Origin: Deinococcus sp.
GTDB taxonomy: Bacteria; Deinococcota; Deinococci; Deinococcales; Deinococcaceae
Reading direction: 5' to 3'
DNA: 64,000 nt
Assembly: GCA_965261005.1 (NCBI GenBank)
Contig: OZ253375.1
Span: 640,001 to 704,000, forward strand
Each line of letters opens with the position of its first letter. Within the stretch, counting starts at the first letter, position 1. A program made the translations under genes and the position numbers. Of the stretch, positions 23,501 through 32,927 are shown piece by piece. Below the pieces are notes generated by a model, which did not search any database, was not told the origin of the DNA, and saw only the letters and a list, made by a program, of their open reading frames with translations.

Positions 23501-24409
23501 ATGAGCACAACCGAGCTTGCGGCGCCCAACATTGCGGTGGTCACCGACTCGACCAGCGACTTGCGGCCCGAGCAGCTGGCCGAGTGGAACATCACCAGCG
23601 TGCCGCTGTACGTGCTGTTCGACGGGCACATGTACAAGGACGGGCTGGAGATCACGCCGGCGCGGCTCTTCCGTGGCCTGCGCGAGGGGAAGCCGCCACC
23701 CTCCACCTCGCAGCCCAGCCCGGCCGAGTTCGAGGAGGCGTACAAGGGCGCGCTCACGGGGGCGGACCACGTGCTGTCGGTTCACCTGTCGGGGCAATTG
23801 TCGGGCACGGTGGGCAGCGCCCGCCTCGCGGCGCAGCAGTTTCCCGGCCAGGTGACGGTGCTGGACTCGGGCAGCGTATCGGGCGGTTTGGGCTTGCAAG
23901 CTTTGCGCGCGGCGCGGCGGGCGCGCGAGGGGGCCATCCTGGGCGACATCGTGGCCGAGCTGGAGCGCGAGGGAAGCGCCCAAAGCATCCGCTTTCTGGT
24001 GGACACCCTGGAGTTTCTCAAGCTCAACGGGCGCATCGGCGGGGCGCGGGCGCTGCTGGGCAGCTTGCTGAACATCAAGCCAATTCTAGCCATCAAGGGG
24101 GGCAAGGTGGAGGCCGCCGGGCAAGTGCGCGGGGGCAAAAAGGCGCTGGCGAACATGCTCGATTACGCGCGGACTTACGTGGAGGGGCACGGCCGCACGC
24201 GCTTCATGCTGCTGTCCACCGAGGGCGCCGAGCAAGCCGTGGGGGAGTTGCGCGCGGGCCTGGACGCCCAGGGCTTGGAGGACGCCGGCGTGTTGCCCCT
24301 GGGCGCCGTGGTCGCCACCCACGCCGGCCCCGGCACGGTGGGCATGGTGCTGGAGCCGGTCGGACTGGAGCCGATTGGACTGGAGCCTACCGGGAATGGG
24401 CCGGCTTAA
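23501..24409 (+). CDS. DegV family fatty-acid binding protein
   Basis: [44 protein letters not shown]. Confidence 0.95.
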   Translation: MSTTELAAPNIAVVTDSTSDLRPEQLAEWNITSVPLYVLFDGHMYKDGLEITPARLFRGLREGKPPPSTSQPSPAEFEEAYKGALTGADHVLSVHLSGQLSGTVGSARLAAQQFPGQVTVLDSGSVSGGLGLQALRAARRAREGAILGDIVAELEREGSAQSIRFLVDTLEFLKLNGRIGGARALLGSLLNIKPILAIKGGKVEAAGQVRGGKKALANMLDYARTYVEGHGRTRFMLLSTEGAEQAVGELRAGLDAQGLEDAGVLPLGAVVATHAGPGTVGMVLEPVGLEPIGLEPTGNGPA

Positions 24410-25541
24410 GGGACCAACGTTCAAGCGCCCGAACTTGAAGCGCAAGGGGCGCTACGTTTTGCTGGCCCTGGCGCTGCTGGCGGGCGGCAGGGTGGCGCTG
24501 AACGGCCACAAGCAGACGGCCAGCTTGCCGAGGGACTGCGTCCGAACCGCCGCCTTCGAAGCGGCGCCGCCTCCGCCGGCCGCGCTCTCGGGACGGCTGG
24601 GGCTGTGGGTGGCGCGCTTAGACCCGCAGACTTCGAAGCCCCTGGCCGCCGTCGCCCGCGACCCGGACGGGGTGTATCCCCTCGCCAGCGCGTACAAGCA
24701 GGCCGTTCTCTGGGCGCTCCTCAGGGAGGTGGACGCGGGTCAGGTCAAGCTGTCCGAGACCTTCGAGGTGGACCACGCCGCGCAGAGCCTCGGCAGGTAT
24801 CCCTTCGATGGCTCCAACGTCACCACCTTGATGAGCCGCATGATCCACAACTCGGATAACACCGCGACCGATTTGCTGCACCGCCGCGTGGGGCTGGAGG
24901 CGGTGCAGGGCGTGGCCGACCGGCTGAAGTTGTGCCGCACCCGTTTGATCCTGCCCACCAAGGACTGGTGGGTGGCCCAGGCGGGCCTCGACCCGAATTG
25001 GCCGCAGCCGGAGGGATTTGGCGGCGCCACCGGCGAGGCGCGCCTCGCGCTGGCGCGCTCCCTCGACGCGGCGGCGCGGAACGTGCGCGCCGACGTGGTG
25101 CAAGTCCGCCTCGACGACTACTTCGCGCGGCGTTACGACCCGGCGACCGACCTGAACACCCACAACGTCTCCACCCCCTTTGAATTTGCGGACCTGATCG
25201 CGCACGAGTTTCTGGCGAGCGGTTTGTCGTCCGCCCAGCGGGAGCGCCAGCGCGACGTGATGGCGACCGGCTTCGGGAGGAGTAGGCTGCGCGCCCCGGT
25301 CACCTACTTCGGCGGCAAGGGCGGCAACGGCTGGAAAATTCTGACCATGACGGGCTACTTCGAGACGCCGCAGGGCCAGCACGTCGTCTACGTCTTCATG
25401 CAGCACGGCGCCCGCGAGGACGAGACCCTGCCCAACATCCACCCCGCCTTTGCGTGGATCAACGCGGCGGTGGAGCGGGTGCTGGCTGGTCCGGTCGCCT
25501 CAACAAGCTCAGGCCGTACACCCCTCCCGACAAGGCGCTGA
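24396..25541 (+). CDS. Serine hydrolase, class A beta-lactamase-like fold
   Basis: N-terminal anchor; SAYK (SxxK), SDN, KGG motifs. Confidence 0.85.
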   Translation: MGRLKGPTFKRPNLKRKGRYVLLALALLAGGRVALNGHKQTASLPRDCVRTAAFEAAPPPPAALSGRLGLWVARLDPQTSKPLAAVARDPDGVYPLASAYKQAVLWALLREVDAGQVKLSETFEVDHAAQSLGRYPFDGSNVTTLMSRMIHNSDNTATDLLHRRVGLEAVQGVADRLKLCRTRLILPTKDWWVAQAGLDPNWPQPEGFGGATGEARLALARSLDAAARNVRADVVQVRLDDYFARRYDPATDLNTHNVSTPFEFADLIAHEFLASGLSSAQRERQRDVMATGFGRSRLRAPVTYFGGKGGNGWKILTMTGYFETPQGQHVVYVFMQHGAREDETLPNIHPAFAWINAAVERVLAGPVASTSSGRTPLPTRR

Positions 25542-26280
25542 TCCAGAAGCTGCTGGGCCAATCGCTGGCGTAGGCGAGCGTGATGCCGAGAAGGGTGACC
25601 AGCAGCGCGATCACAGCCCCGAGCAGCACGCCGGGACCGAAGCGCGGGGTCAGGCGGGCGGCGGCGGCGGGGGGACCCACCATCAGCGCGAAGACCAGCA
25701 GCACGCCGACCACCTGCACCGCCTCGACCACCGCGACCGCCACGACCAGCAAAAACAGCACGCTGAGGAGCCGCAGCGGCACCCCACGGGCCTCGGCGAG
25801 GTCGGGGTCAAGGGAGGCGAACAGCAGCGGGCGCGCGATGGCGCCGAGGGCCAGCAGACACAGCGCGCCCAGCCACGCGAGGGTGCCCAGCGTGCCGCCG
25901 CCCACCCCGAAGACGTTGCCGAACAGCAGGGTGTTCGTCTGGGTCGCGAAGGAGGTGACGAAGTGCAGCGCCAGGGTGCCGAGGCCCAGTGACACCGCCA
26001 AGATGATGCCCACCGCCACGTCGCGCCCGCGCAGCCGCTCGCCCAGCAGGCCCATCAGGGCGCCGCCCAGCAGCGTGAACGCCAAGAGGCCCCACAGCGG
26101 GGAGGCGCCCAGCAGCAGCGCCCCCCCCGCCCCCGCGAAGCCGACGTGCGACAAGGCGTGCCCCGCGAAGGTGAGCTGGCGCAACACCAGGAAGTAGCCC
26201 ACCACCGACGCGACGACGGCCACCAGGGCGCCGGCCGCGAAGGCGGTCCGCATGAAGTCGTAGGCGAGCATAACGGTCAT
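25459..26280 (-). CDS. Zn/Mn ABC transporter permease
   Basis: FAGHALSHVGFAG, LFGNVFG, DPDLAEARGV, VGVLLVFALMVGPPAAA. Confidence 0.93.
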   Translation of the reverse strand: MTVMLAYDFMRTAFAAGALVAVVASVVGYFLVLRQLTFAGHALSHVGFAGAGGALLLGASPLWGLLAFTLLGGALMGLLGERLRGRDVAVGIILAVSLGLGTLALHFVTSFATQTNTLLFGNVFGVGGGTLGTLAWLGALCLLALGAIARPLLFASLDPDLAEARGVPLRLLSVLFLLVVAVAVVEAVQVVGVLLVFALMVGPPAAAARLTPRFGPGVLLGAVIALLVTLLGITLAYASDWPSSFWISALSGGVYGLSLLRRPDQPAPAPPPR

Positions 26281-27074
26281 GAATGAACGCCGTGCCCCTC
26301 CTGCGCGCCCAGCACGAAGACGCGCTCCCCGAGCTTGACCACCTCGATAGGGGCGCCATATAGGCGCGACAGCGTGCCCGAGGTCATCACCTGATTCACG
26401 CTCCCCAGCTCGGCGTGACCGCCGCCCAGATACCACACCCGCGTCATGGCGCCGAGGAGGGCGTTGAGGTCGTGGGCGCTCAGCAGCACGGTGAGGTTCA
26501 GCTCGCGGCGCACCCGGTCCACGAGGTCCACCATTTCGCCCGCGTAGCGGGGATCGAGGCCCTGAAGCGGCTCGTCGAGCAGCAGCAGCTCGGGCCGGCC
26601 CAGCAGCGACTGGGCCAGCAGCAGACGCTGGCGCTCGCCGCCGGAAAGGTCTCCCAGCGGCCGGCGCGCCAGGGCCACCCCACCCACCAAGTCCAGCGCC
26701 CGCCCAACTTCACGCCGGCCAGCCGCGCCCAGCAGCGGCAACCCCCAGCGCTCACCGTTTAGGGCGCACGCCAGATAGTCGAAGCCGCTCAGGCGCACCT
26801 CGCTGACATTCGCGCGCACCTGCGGCAGGTAGCCGACGCGCCCGGCCGCTCGCCGGGGGGGCTGGCCGAGCACCCGCAGCTCACCGCACGCCGGCCGCAG
26901 CAGGCCCAGCAGCGCGCGAAACAGGGTGGACTTGCCCGCCCCGTTCGGCCCGAAGACGCCGACGAACTCGCCCGCCGCGATCTCAGCGTTCAGGTCCGAC
27001 AACACGGCCCGTCCCGCGCGGGCGAGGGTCACGCCGCTCAGCTGGACGGCCGGGCCGGTCACTGGGTCGGTCAC
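26277..27074 (-). CDS. Zn/Mn ABC transporter ATP-binding protein
   Basis: GPNGAGKST, LSGGERQR, LLLLDEP. Confidence 0.94.
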   Translation of the reverse strand: MTDPVTGPAVQLSGVTLARAGRAVLSDLNAEIAAGEFVGVFGPNGAGKSTLFRALLGLLRPACGELRVLGQPPRRAAGRVGYLPQVRANVSEVRLSGFDYLACALNGERWGLPLLGAAGRREVGRALDLVGGVALARRPLGDLSGGERQRLLLAQSLLGRPELLLLDEPLQGLDPRYAGEMVDLVDRVRRELNLTVLLSAHDLNALLGAMTRVWYLGGGHAELGSVNQVMTSGTLSRLYGAPIEVVKLGERVFVLGAQEGHGVHS

Positions 27075-27928
27075 TTGGGCGCTTGTCGCAGGGCGCGCTC
27101 CAACTGCGTCAGCTGCCCCAGCATCCAGGTCGTGTAGCTCTCTCCGGCGGGCTGGGTTTCGGTCACGCCGACAACGGGCACGCCGGCCGCCCCCGCCACG
27201 CTCTTGAGGCGCTCGGTGGCCGGGTCCGTGACCTGAAGGTTGTACAGCAGCACCTTGGCGCGGCGCGTCTTCAGGTCGTTTTGAAAGGCGGCGACTCGCC
27301 TGGCCCCCGGCTCGGTGCCGTTCTGCACCGCCAATTGAAAGGCCGGGTTGATCATCTTGAGGCCGAGGGCCGCCGCCATGTACCCGAACACCGGCTCGGT
27401 GGCGGCGACCCCGGTGCCCGTGAAGCGCGCCCTGATGCTGGCGACCTTGTCGGTCAGGGGCTTCAGGGACGTGTCAAAGGCGGCGAGGTTGGCGTCAAAC
27501 ATGGCCTTGTGAACCGGGTCGCGCTTCACCAGCTCGTCGTGCAGCGTCTTGGCGAACAGCGGCATGGTCGCCGGGTCGTACCACACATGAGGGTTGTCGC
27601 CGGCGCGGACGTTCACCAAGTTGGCGACCGTGATGATGGTGCGCCCGCCGGGCGAGCTAGCCGCGAGCAGCTTGTCCATCCAGGGGTCGTAATCGGCGCC
27701 ACTCTGCACAACGATGTCCGCGCCGGTCAGGGCGCGGGCGGTGCTGGCGCTCACCTCGAACAGGTGGGGGTCCTGATTGGGGTTCGAGAGAATGCTGGTC
27801 ACCGCGACCTGGTCGCCGCCGAGCCGCCGCGCCACGTCGCCGTAAAAGTTCTCGGCCGCGACGATCTGGATGGGGGCCGCCGTGGCAGCGCCGGACAGCA
27901 GCAGGAAAAGGGGCAGGGTTCTATGCAT
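27071..27928 (-). CDS. Zn/Mn ABC transporter substrate-binding protein
   Basis: Signal peptide, AAENFYG, QDPHLFE, NPHVWYDP; TAAGGT -10 7 nt before ATG 27928. Confidence 0.92.
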   Translation of the reverse strand: MHRTLPLFLLLSGAATAAPIQIVAAENFYGDVARRLGGDQVAVTSILSNPNQDPHLFEVSASTARALTGADIVVQSGADYDPWMDKLLAASSPGGRTIITVANLVNVRAGDNPHVWYDPATMPLFAKTLHDELVKRDPVHKAMFDANLAAFDTSLKPLTDKVASIRARFTGTGVAATEPVFGYMAAALGLKMINPAFQLAVQNGTEPGARRVAAFQNDLKTRRAKVLLYNLQVTDPATERLKSVAGAAGVPVVGVTETQPAGESYTTWMLGQLTQLERALRQAPK

Positions 27929-27938
27929 GGGATGCACC

Positions 27939-27962
27939 TTATTGCAAATCCATTCTCAATAA
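27939..27962. promoter_or_regulatory. Fur-family (Zur/Mur-like) operator
   Basis: AT-rich imperfect palindrome TTATTGCAAAT-CC-ATTCTCAATAA overlapping the promoter of the metal ABC operon. Confidence 0.7.
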
Positions 27963-27976
27963 CAAGGGGACCTTTC

Positions 27977-29770
27977 TCAGCGCAAGTTGAAGATCAGCCG
28001 GACGCTCAGCCCACCGCTGGTGGGTTGGCGGTACAGGTCCACGGCGGCGCCGTAGCGAAAGCAGCGCGAATCGAGGGTCGCCTCGGCGGACAGGTCCAGC
28101 CGCCGCACGGCCCAGTCGTAGCTGGCCGCCGGCGCGACGGTCAGGGGGCCGAAGGTCGCCAGGGCGCCGCCGCTCAGGGCGCTCACGCTGGGCGCGCCCG
28201 CCCGCCAGTCGTAACTGTACAGGTAGCCCAGTCGGGCGAGGGTCAGCGGTCCCCACTTCAGGTCCGGCGTCAGGGCGACGTTCAGGGTGCTTTGCTGCGC
28301 TGGGCCGGCGAGCAGGCCGGGCAGCGGCGCCGCGCCCCACACCCCGCGCGCCAAGTGCGCGAGCGACACGCTCAGGCCGGGGGCGACGTAGTTGGCGCCG
28401 CCCTCGACCTGCCAAGCCAGCTGGCCGGCATCCGGAAAGGCGTACAGATCGAGGGCCGTCGAGGCGCGCCAGCTCAGAACGCCGGAACCGAGGGCGCGCA
28501 GCCCCCCCAAGCCCGCGCTCAGCTGCCCGTGCGCGAAGGGGTCGGCGCGGCCCAGCTGATAAGCGCCGCCCACATCGCCCTCGGCGCGCAGGGTGAATGC
28601 CGGCGTGCCGAGCGCGGCGGCGTATCCAGCGCGGAACTCGCTCAGCAAGCCGCCCCCGTGCAGGGCGAGGCCGAACTGTGGCCCGCCGGTGGGAAAGCGG
28701 GCGAGCGCCAATTGCGGCACCGGGATGTCGGGGGCGGCCGACCCCGCGATCTCGGAATACGGGTCCTCAAAGACGCCCAGCGCGAAGTCGGCCCCGTCGA
28801 GCACCGAGCGCACGCCGAACTCCAGGTAGCCGGGGTGCAGCACGGCGTTCAGACGGGTGTCCTGCGAATCCAGCAGCGGCAAGTCGCGAATCCCGTAGCG
28901 CCCGTCCGCCAGCAGCAGCTGCGGCCGGGCGGCGATCAGGCGCGTGTTCAGCACCTGGGCGCCGGCTGCCAGGGTCTGGGCGCTCTCGCTCAGGGTCGCG
29001 CCGCCCGCTGAGAGGGGCAGCGTCAGGCCGGGCGGCAGCGGCAGCGGTAAGCCGAACAGCGCCAGCCGCGCGCCGCCCAGCGTCGTGCCGCGCGAATTGG
29101 CGAGCACGTTGGCCGCGCGCAAGGTCAGCTCGCGCGCCGCCGGGTCGCGGCACAGGCCGATCTCGGCGGGGCCGGTGCGGACGGCGCCGGGGGCGGCGTC
29201 GAGCCGGACGGCGCTCAAGCGGACCAGGTCCACGGCGTCCGCCGTCAGGTGCTGGCCCTCCAGCACGGCATGCTGAAGGCGGTAAGTCTCGCCGTCGCTC
29301 AGGCGCCGCAGGGTGGCCTGGGCGGCGCCCAGACGGCCGCGCCTCAGCTCGGCCGCGTCCGTTTGCAGGTCATAGGCGCCCGCCGGCAGCGGCAGATTCG
29401 GCAAGCTGCCGGCGGGCAGGGTCAGGCGCAGCTTCAAATTCGTGAGAACGGTCGTCTCGCCGCGCACGGTCGCCCGCCCGGCCAAGCCCGTCACGCCCGC
29501 ACCCGTGATGTTCACATTGTCGGCGGTGACGCCGGCCTCATCCGCGCTGGCCCGCGCCGCGTCCAAGTCGAAGGTGCCCAGCCGGAAACAGGCCGCCGTC
29601 AGCAGCGCCACGTCCCCCTCGAAGTCGAGGGCGTCCGCCTGCACCACGCCCACGCCCGGCTGCTCGATCTGCACGTCGCGGGAAGGGCAGTCCTGCGCCC
29701 CCGCGATGGAGAACATCAAAAACAGCGCGCACCAAACCAAGGGCCGGCGCGCGAGGCGGAAGAAAGGCAT
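27977..29770 (-). CDS. Secreted/outer-membrane protein, LptD-like architecture
   Basis: Signal peptide, N-terminal beta-rich region, C-terminal amphipathic strands with aromatic residues (SYDW, CFRY...) ending LIFNLR. Confidence 0.55.
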   Translation of the reverse strand: MPFFRLARRPLVWCALFLMFSIAGAQDCPSRDVQIEQPGVGVVQADALDFEGDVALLTAACFRLGTFDLDAARASADEAGVTADNVNITGAGVTGLAGRATVRGETTVLTNLKLRLTLPAGSLPNLPLPAGAYDLQTDAAELRRGRLGAAQATLRRLSDGETYRLQHAVLEGQHLTADAVDLVRLSAVRLDAAPGAVRTGPAEIGLCRDPAARELTLRAANVLANSRGTTLGGARLALFGLPLPLPPGLTLPLSAGGATLSESAQTLAAGAQVLNTRLIAARPQLLLADGRYGIRDLPLLDSQDTRLNAVLHPGYLEFGVRSVLDGADFALGVFEDPYSEIAGSAAPDIPVPQLALARFPTGGPQFGLALHGGGLLSEFRAGYAAALGTPAFTLRAEGDVGGAYQLGRADPFAHGQLSAGLGGLRALGSGVLSWRASTALDLYAFPDAGQLAWQVEGGANYVAPGLSVSLAHLARGVWGAAPLPGLLAGPAQQSTLNVALTPDLKWGPLTLARLGYLYSYDWRAGAPSVSALSGGALATFGPLTVAPAASYDWAVRRLDLSAEATLDSRCFRYGAAVDLYRQPTSGGLSVRLIFNLR

Positions 29771-29788
29771 CTCCCCCAGTGTATGGGC

Positions 29789-30433
29789 TTATTTTAGGTA
29801 CGGCTGAAACGGCGCGAGCTGGGCGGCGCTGGGCTTGGTGGTCACGCTGGGCTGGTTCTGGGCGTTCCAAGTGACCAACAGCGTGGCGTCCGGCTTGTTG
29901 CCGCTCAGCTTGGTGCGGCCGTACTGGTACTTGTAATTTCCGACCATCAGCGCGCGGTTCCCCCGGTAGTCCACCACCACCTTGTCGGCGGCCATGTGGG
30001 GGTCCGCGCTGGCCACCTGACCGCTCGCCACGACAACGCCGGCCTTGCTGCTCAGGCTGATGTTCTGCGCCGTGAGGTCGCGCACGCGCTTGTCGTTGTA
30101 TTTGATGTCGCCGCTGGCGCTCAGCCCGTCGGTGTCCACGGTGTACTCCACCTTCTGGGCGGTGAGCGTGCCGCCGTCCTGGGTGGTCAGGATGGCGTTC
30201 TTCGCGTGCAGCCAAGCGCCGTCCTTGTACTCGATGTGGCCGGCCTTCACGCTCAGGCCGCGCTCGGCGTCGGTGGCGGTGCCGCCCTGCGCCAGCACGG
30301 TGGTGCCGCTTTTCAGGTCGAGCTTCTGATCGCCGGTCGGCTTGATGGTGAAGCCCGCGAAGGTGGCCGCCGAGGCGGCGCCCAGCCAAAAGAAGGCGAG
30401 AAGGCTTGGCGCTAGAAAGCTGACCCGTTGCAT
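29789..30433 (-). CDS. Secreted beta-rich protein, OstA/LptA-like
   Basis: Signal peptide; repeated LxAxxIxY...xAxGxV strands; TAGACT leaderless promoter. Confidence 0.6.
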   Translation of the reverse strand: MQRVSFLAPSLLAFFWLGAASAATFAGFTIKPTGDQKLDLKSGTTVLAQGGTATDAERGLSVKAGHIEYKDGAWLHAKNAILTTQDGGTLTAQKVEYTVDTDGLSASGDIKYNDKRVRDLTAQNISLSSKAGVVVASGQVASADPHMAADKVVVDYRGNRALMVGNYKYQYGRTKLSGNKPDATLLVTWNAQNQPSVTTKPSAAQLAPFQPYLK

Positions 30434-30576
30434 GAAATCGAGTCTAACGGGGGGGCGCTGAGTTGGGTGAAGGGGTCGGTCAGGCGCGGGTCAGCCCTGT
30501 TCAGGATCAGCCCGCTTCAGGCTTCTCACGCCGCGCCCAGAAGTCGCCAGAGGACTTCGGGGTACACTGCCGCGAC

Positions 30577-31683
30577 GTGAAGCGCCTTTTGACCGCCTTG
30601 CTGGCCTCGTCGCTCGCCTCCCCCGCCTGTGCCGCGCCGCGCGTGGGCAGCCACGACGGCTTCACCCGTTTGGTGTGGGACCTCCCGAACATGGGAAGCG
30701 TCAAGGTGACCCCAAGCGCGAACGGCGCAACCCTCACGCTGAGCGTGCCCCTGGGAAGCGAGCACGCCAAGCTGGACGGCGACGTGCGAAGCTACGCTGT
30801 CAGCGGCACGACCGTGACCCTGACGCTGGCGCCGGGACGCTCGGTGAACGCCTTTGTGCTGGCCCCGGGGGGCAAGTTGCCGGCCCGCTTGGTGGTGGAC
30901 ACCGGCAAGGCCGCGAGCGTTCCCGTACAGGCGAGCGCCAAGCTCAGCGCGCCAGCCCCGGCAAGCGTCGCCCCGGCGAGCGCCAAGCTGCCGGGAAAGC
31001 CCACCTTGCGGGTGGTGATTGACCCCGGCCACGGCGGCGTGGACTCCGGCATGGTCGGCTACGTCACCGAAAAGGAGGTGACGCTGGCGGTCGGCCTCAA
31101 GGTGCGCGATTTGCTGAGGGCGCGCGGCATTGACGTCATCATGACCCGCGACCGCGACACCCAGATTTCCACCAACAAGAGCGCCGACCTGAGCGCCCGC
31201 GCCCGCCTCGCGCGCGCCGACACCGTCAACGCCTACGTCAGCATTCACGTGAACGCCGCCGTGGCGTCGGGAGCGCAGGGCATCGAGACTTGGGTCTTCG
31301 GTCGCCCCATCGAGAGCAGCACGCTGGCCCTGGCGGTGCGCGAAAACGGCGGCGGCAACTTGGGCCAGCGGCTCACCAAGGAATCGAGCGGCGTCGCCCA
31401 GAACTTGCTGGGAGATTTGCTGGCACAGGGCAACCTGACCTACTCCAAGACGCTCGCCAACTTGGTGCAGGGCAAGCTGGTGAAAGCCACCGGCGCGGTC
31501 AACCGCGGCATCGGCACGGCCCCCTTCGCGGTCATCCGCCTGCCCACCACGCCCGCCATCCTGATCGAGGTGGGCTTTGGCAGCAACCCGGTGGAGGGGC
31601 GCAAGCTGGCCTCGGACGCTTACCGGGGCAAGCTGGCGAGCGCCATCGCGGACGCCATCGCGGCGTTCCTGCACGTGGACTGA
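30577..31683 (+). CDS. N-acetylmuramoyl-L-alanine amidase (Amidase_3)
   Basis: VIDPGHGG, EKEVTL, VSIHVNA, ILIEVGF; signal peptide; TACACT before GTG 30577. Confidence 0.94.
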   Translation: MKRLLTALLASSLASPACAAPRVGSHDGFTRLVWDLPNMGSVKVTPSANGATLTLSVPLGSEHAKLDGDVRSYAVSGTTVTLTLAPGRSVNAFVLAPGGKLPARLVVDTGKAASVPVQASAKLSAPAPASVAPASAKLPGKPTLRVVIDPGHGGVDSGMVGYVTEKEVTLAVGLKVRDLLRARGIDVIMTRDRDTQISTNKSADLSARARLARADTVNAYVSIHVNAAVASGAQGIETWVFGRPIESSTLALAVRENGGGNLGQRLTKESSGVAQNLLGDLLAQGNLTYSKTLANLVQGKLVKATGAVNRGIGTAPFAVIRLPTTPAILIEVGFGSNPVEGRKLASDAYRGKLASAIADAIAAFLHVD

Positions 31684-31684
31684 A

Positions 31685-32188
31685 TTATTGAGCGATGGAG
31701 GCGGGGCGGCGCTGTTGCCCCCGGATGGAGCGGGCGATCAGCAGCGAGCCGACCAACGACGGCCCGAGGGCGTACAGCCAAAAAACCCAGCCGCCCTGGC
31801 CCAGCGGCCGGACGTTCACCAAAAAGGCCGTCCAGGCGGCGATGTACGACGACCCCATCATGTTGATGCGCAGGCCGGTCAACTGCTGACGCTTTTCGGC
31901 TGTGGGCGCCCGCTTGGCACGCCGAATGGCGATCCAGCCGGCGGCGACCCAACCGAGCGTCAAGATGCCAATGACCAGCAGCAGGACGTTCCCCTTGTTC
32001 GCGGCCAGCGGAATGGACAGCGCGCCCATGCCCAGCATGCTGACCCCGTAGATACGCCCGGCCAAACGGTGAAAACCCGCCCTCGTGCCGAACTTGGGCA
32101 GCAGGGCGGCGAGGGCGCCCAGCAGAAAGCCGGCCCCGCCCAGGGCGATGTGAACGGCGCGCATCACGGTGTGCAGTTCCTCGGGCAT
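31685..32188 (-). CDS. Membrane protein (DUF2306-like)
   Basis: Five TM segments, HRLAGRIY, MMGSSYIAAWTAF; RBS AGGAG. Confidence 0.75.
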   Translation of the reverse strand: MPEELHTVMRAVHIALGGAGFLLGALAALLPKFGTRAGFHRLAGRIYGVSMLGMGALSIPLAANKGNVLLLVIGILTLGWVAAGWIAIRRAKRAPTAEKRQQLTGLRINMMGSSYIAAWTAFLVNVRPLGQGGWVFWLYALGPSLVGSLLIARSIRGQQRRPASIAQ

Positions 32189-32197
32189 GGTCAACTC

Positions 32198-32644
32198 CTA
32201 TGCGGGGGCGCGCAGCTTGGCCTCGATCAAGTCGAGGGTCGCGCGCAGCTGCCCGAGCTGGGCGGCGTCGAGGTCGGCGAGGGTATGGTCGGCGAAGGTG
32301 ATGGCGCGCGGAACCAGCTGCTGAAGCAAGGCAGCTCTGCTTTGGGTGAGGGTGAGTTGATGGGTGCGGCGGTTCTGGCCGGGGCGGCGTTCGAGCAAAC
32401 CGCGCCCCACCAAGCCCTGCGCCAGCACGGAAACGCTGGCCCGCTCGATCAGCAGATAATCGGCCAGCAGCGACGGGGCGATGCCGCCCTCGCCCCCCTC
32501 TTCCCACACCGCCAGCAGCAGACGGAACTGAGCTTGGGTAACGCCGAACGCGCTGAAGTGTTGATCGAAGCCGGCCGCCATGCGCGTGCCCAGACGCATC
32601 AGCGCGGTGCAGATGCGAGAATTGAGCAGCTCGGCCTCGTCTAT
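32198..32644 (-). CDS. MarR family transcriptional regulator
   Basis: GVTQAQFRLL...RASVSVLAQGLVGRGLLER...NRR. First ATG is at 32599; the frame extends to an ATA at 32644, so the start is uncertain. Confidence 0.85.
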   Translation of the reverse strand: MDEAELLNSRICTALMRLGTRMAAGFDQHFSAFGVTQAQFRLLLAVWEEGGEGGIAPSLLADYLLIERASVSVLAQGLVGRGLLERRPGQNRRTHQLTLTQSRAALLQQLVPRAITFADHTLADLDAAQLGQLRATLDLIEAKLRAPA

Positions 32645-32674
32645 ACGGTTAGTATCCTAACCGTTAGGGTACTA
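32645..32674. promoter_or_regulatory. Putative MarR operator (two overlapping palindromes)
   Basis: ACGGTTAG-TATC-CTAACCGT (perfect 8 bp) and TAGTATCCTAAC-C-GTTAGGGTACTA (11/12). Confidence 0.75.
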
Positions 32675-32704
32675 GCCATGGTGAGAGGAACGCGGCCGGC
32701 GCGC

Positions 32705-32920
32705 CTAGAGCATTTGTCAGAAGTATTGAGCGCCCTTCTCAATACTTCCCGAGTGGAACGAGTAGCAAGAGGAGGGCATTTGGCAACGGTATGGAGCGGC
32801 GCAGGCGGGCAGGCCCGATAGGTGCCGTTGTGCCCAAGCGGCCAAGCGTCCTCATGGGCGCTGCTTTGGCCAAGAAGACGCGGAGCCGAAGTCGCGCAAT
32901 AGAATTGACAAATGCTCTAG
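32705..32920. mobile_element. MITE-like element (SRE/SNR-like), 216 bp
   Basis: Perfect 15-bp TIRs CTAGAGCATTTGTCA / TGACAAATGCTCTAG, an internal hairpin and the shared core (32749-32765, reverse). Confidence 0.85.
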
Positions 32921-32927
32921 CCCTTTC

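Noticed and set aside
24396..25541. True beta-lactamase resistance gene
   Set aside because: Has SxxK, SDN and KGG but I see no class A omega-loop ExxLN motif; kept as a generic serine hydrolase.
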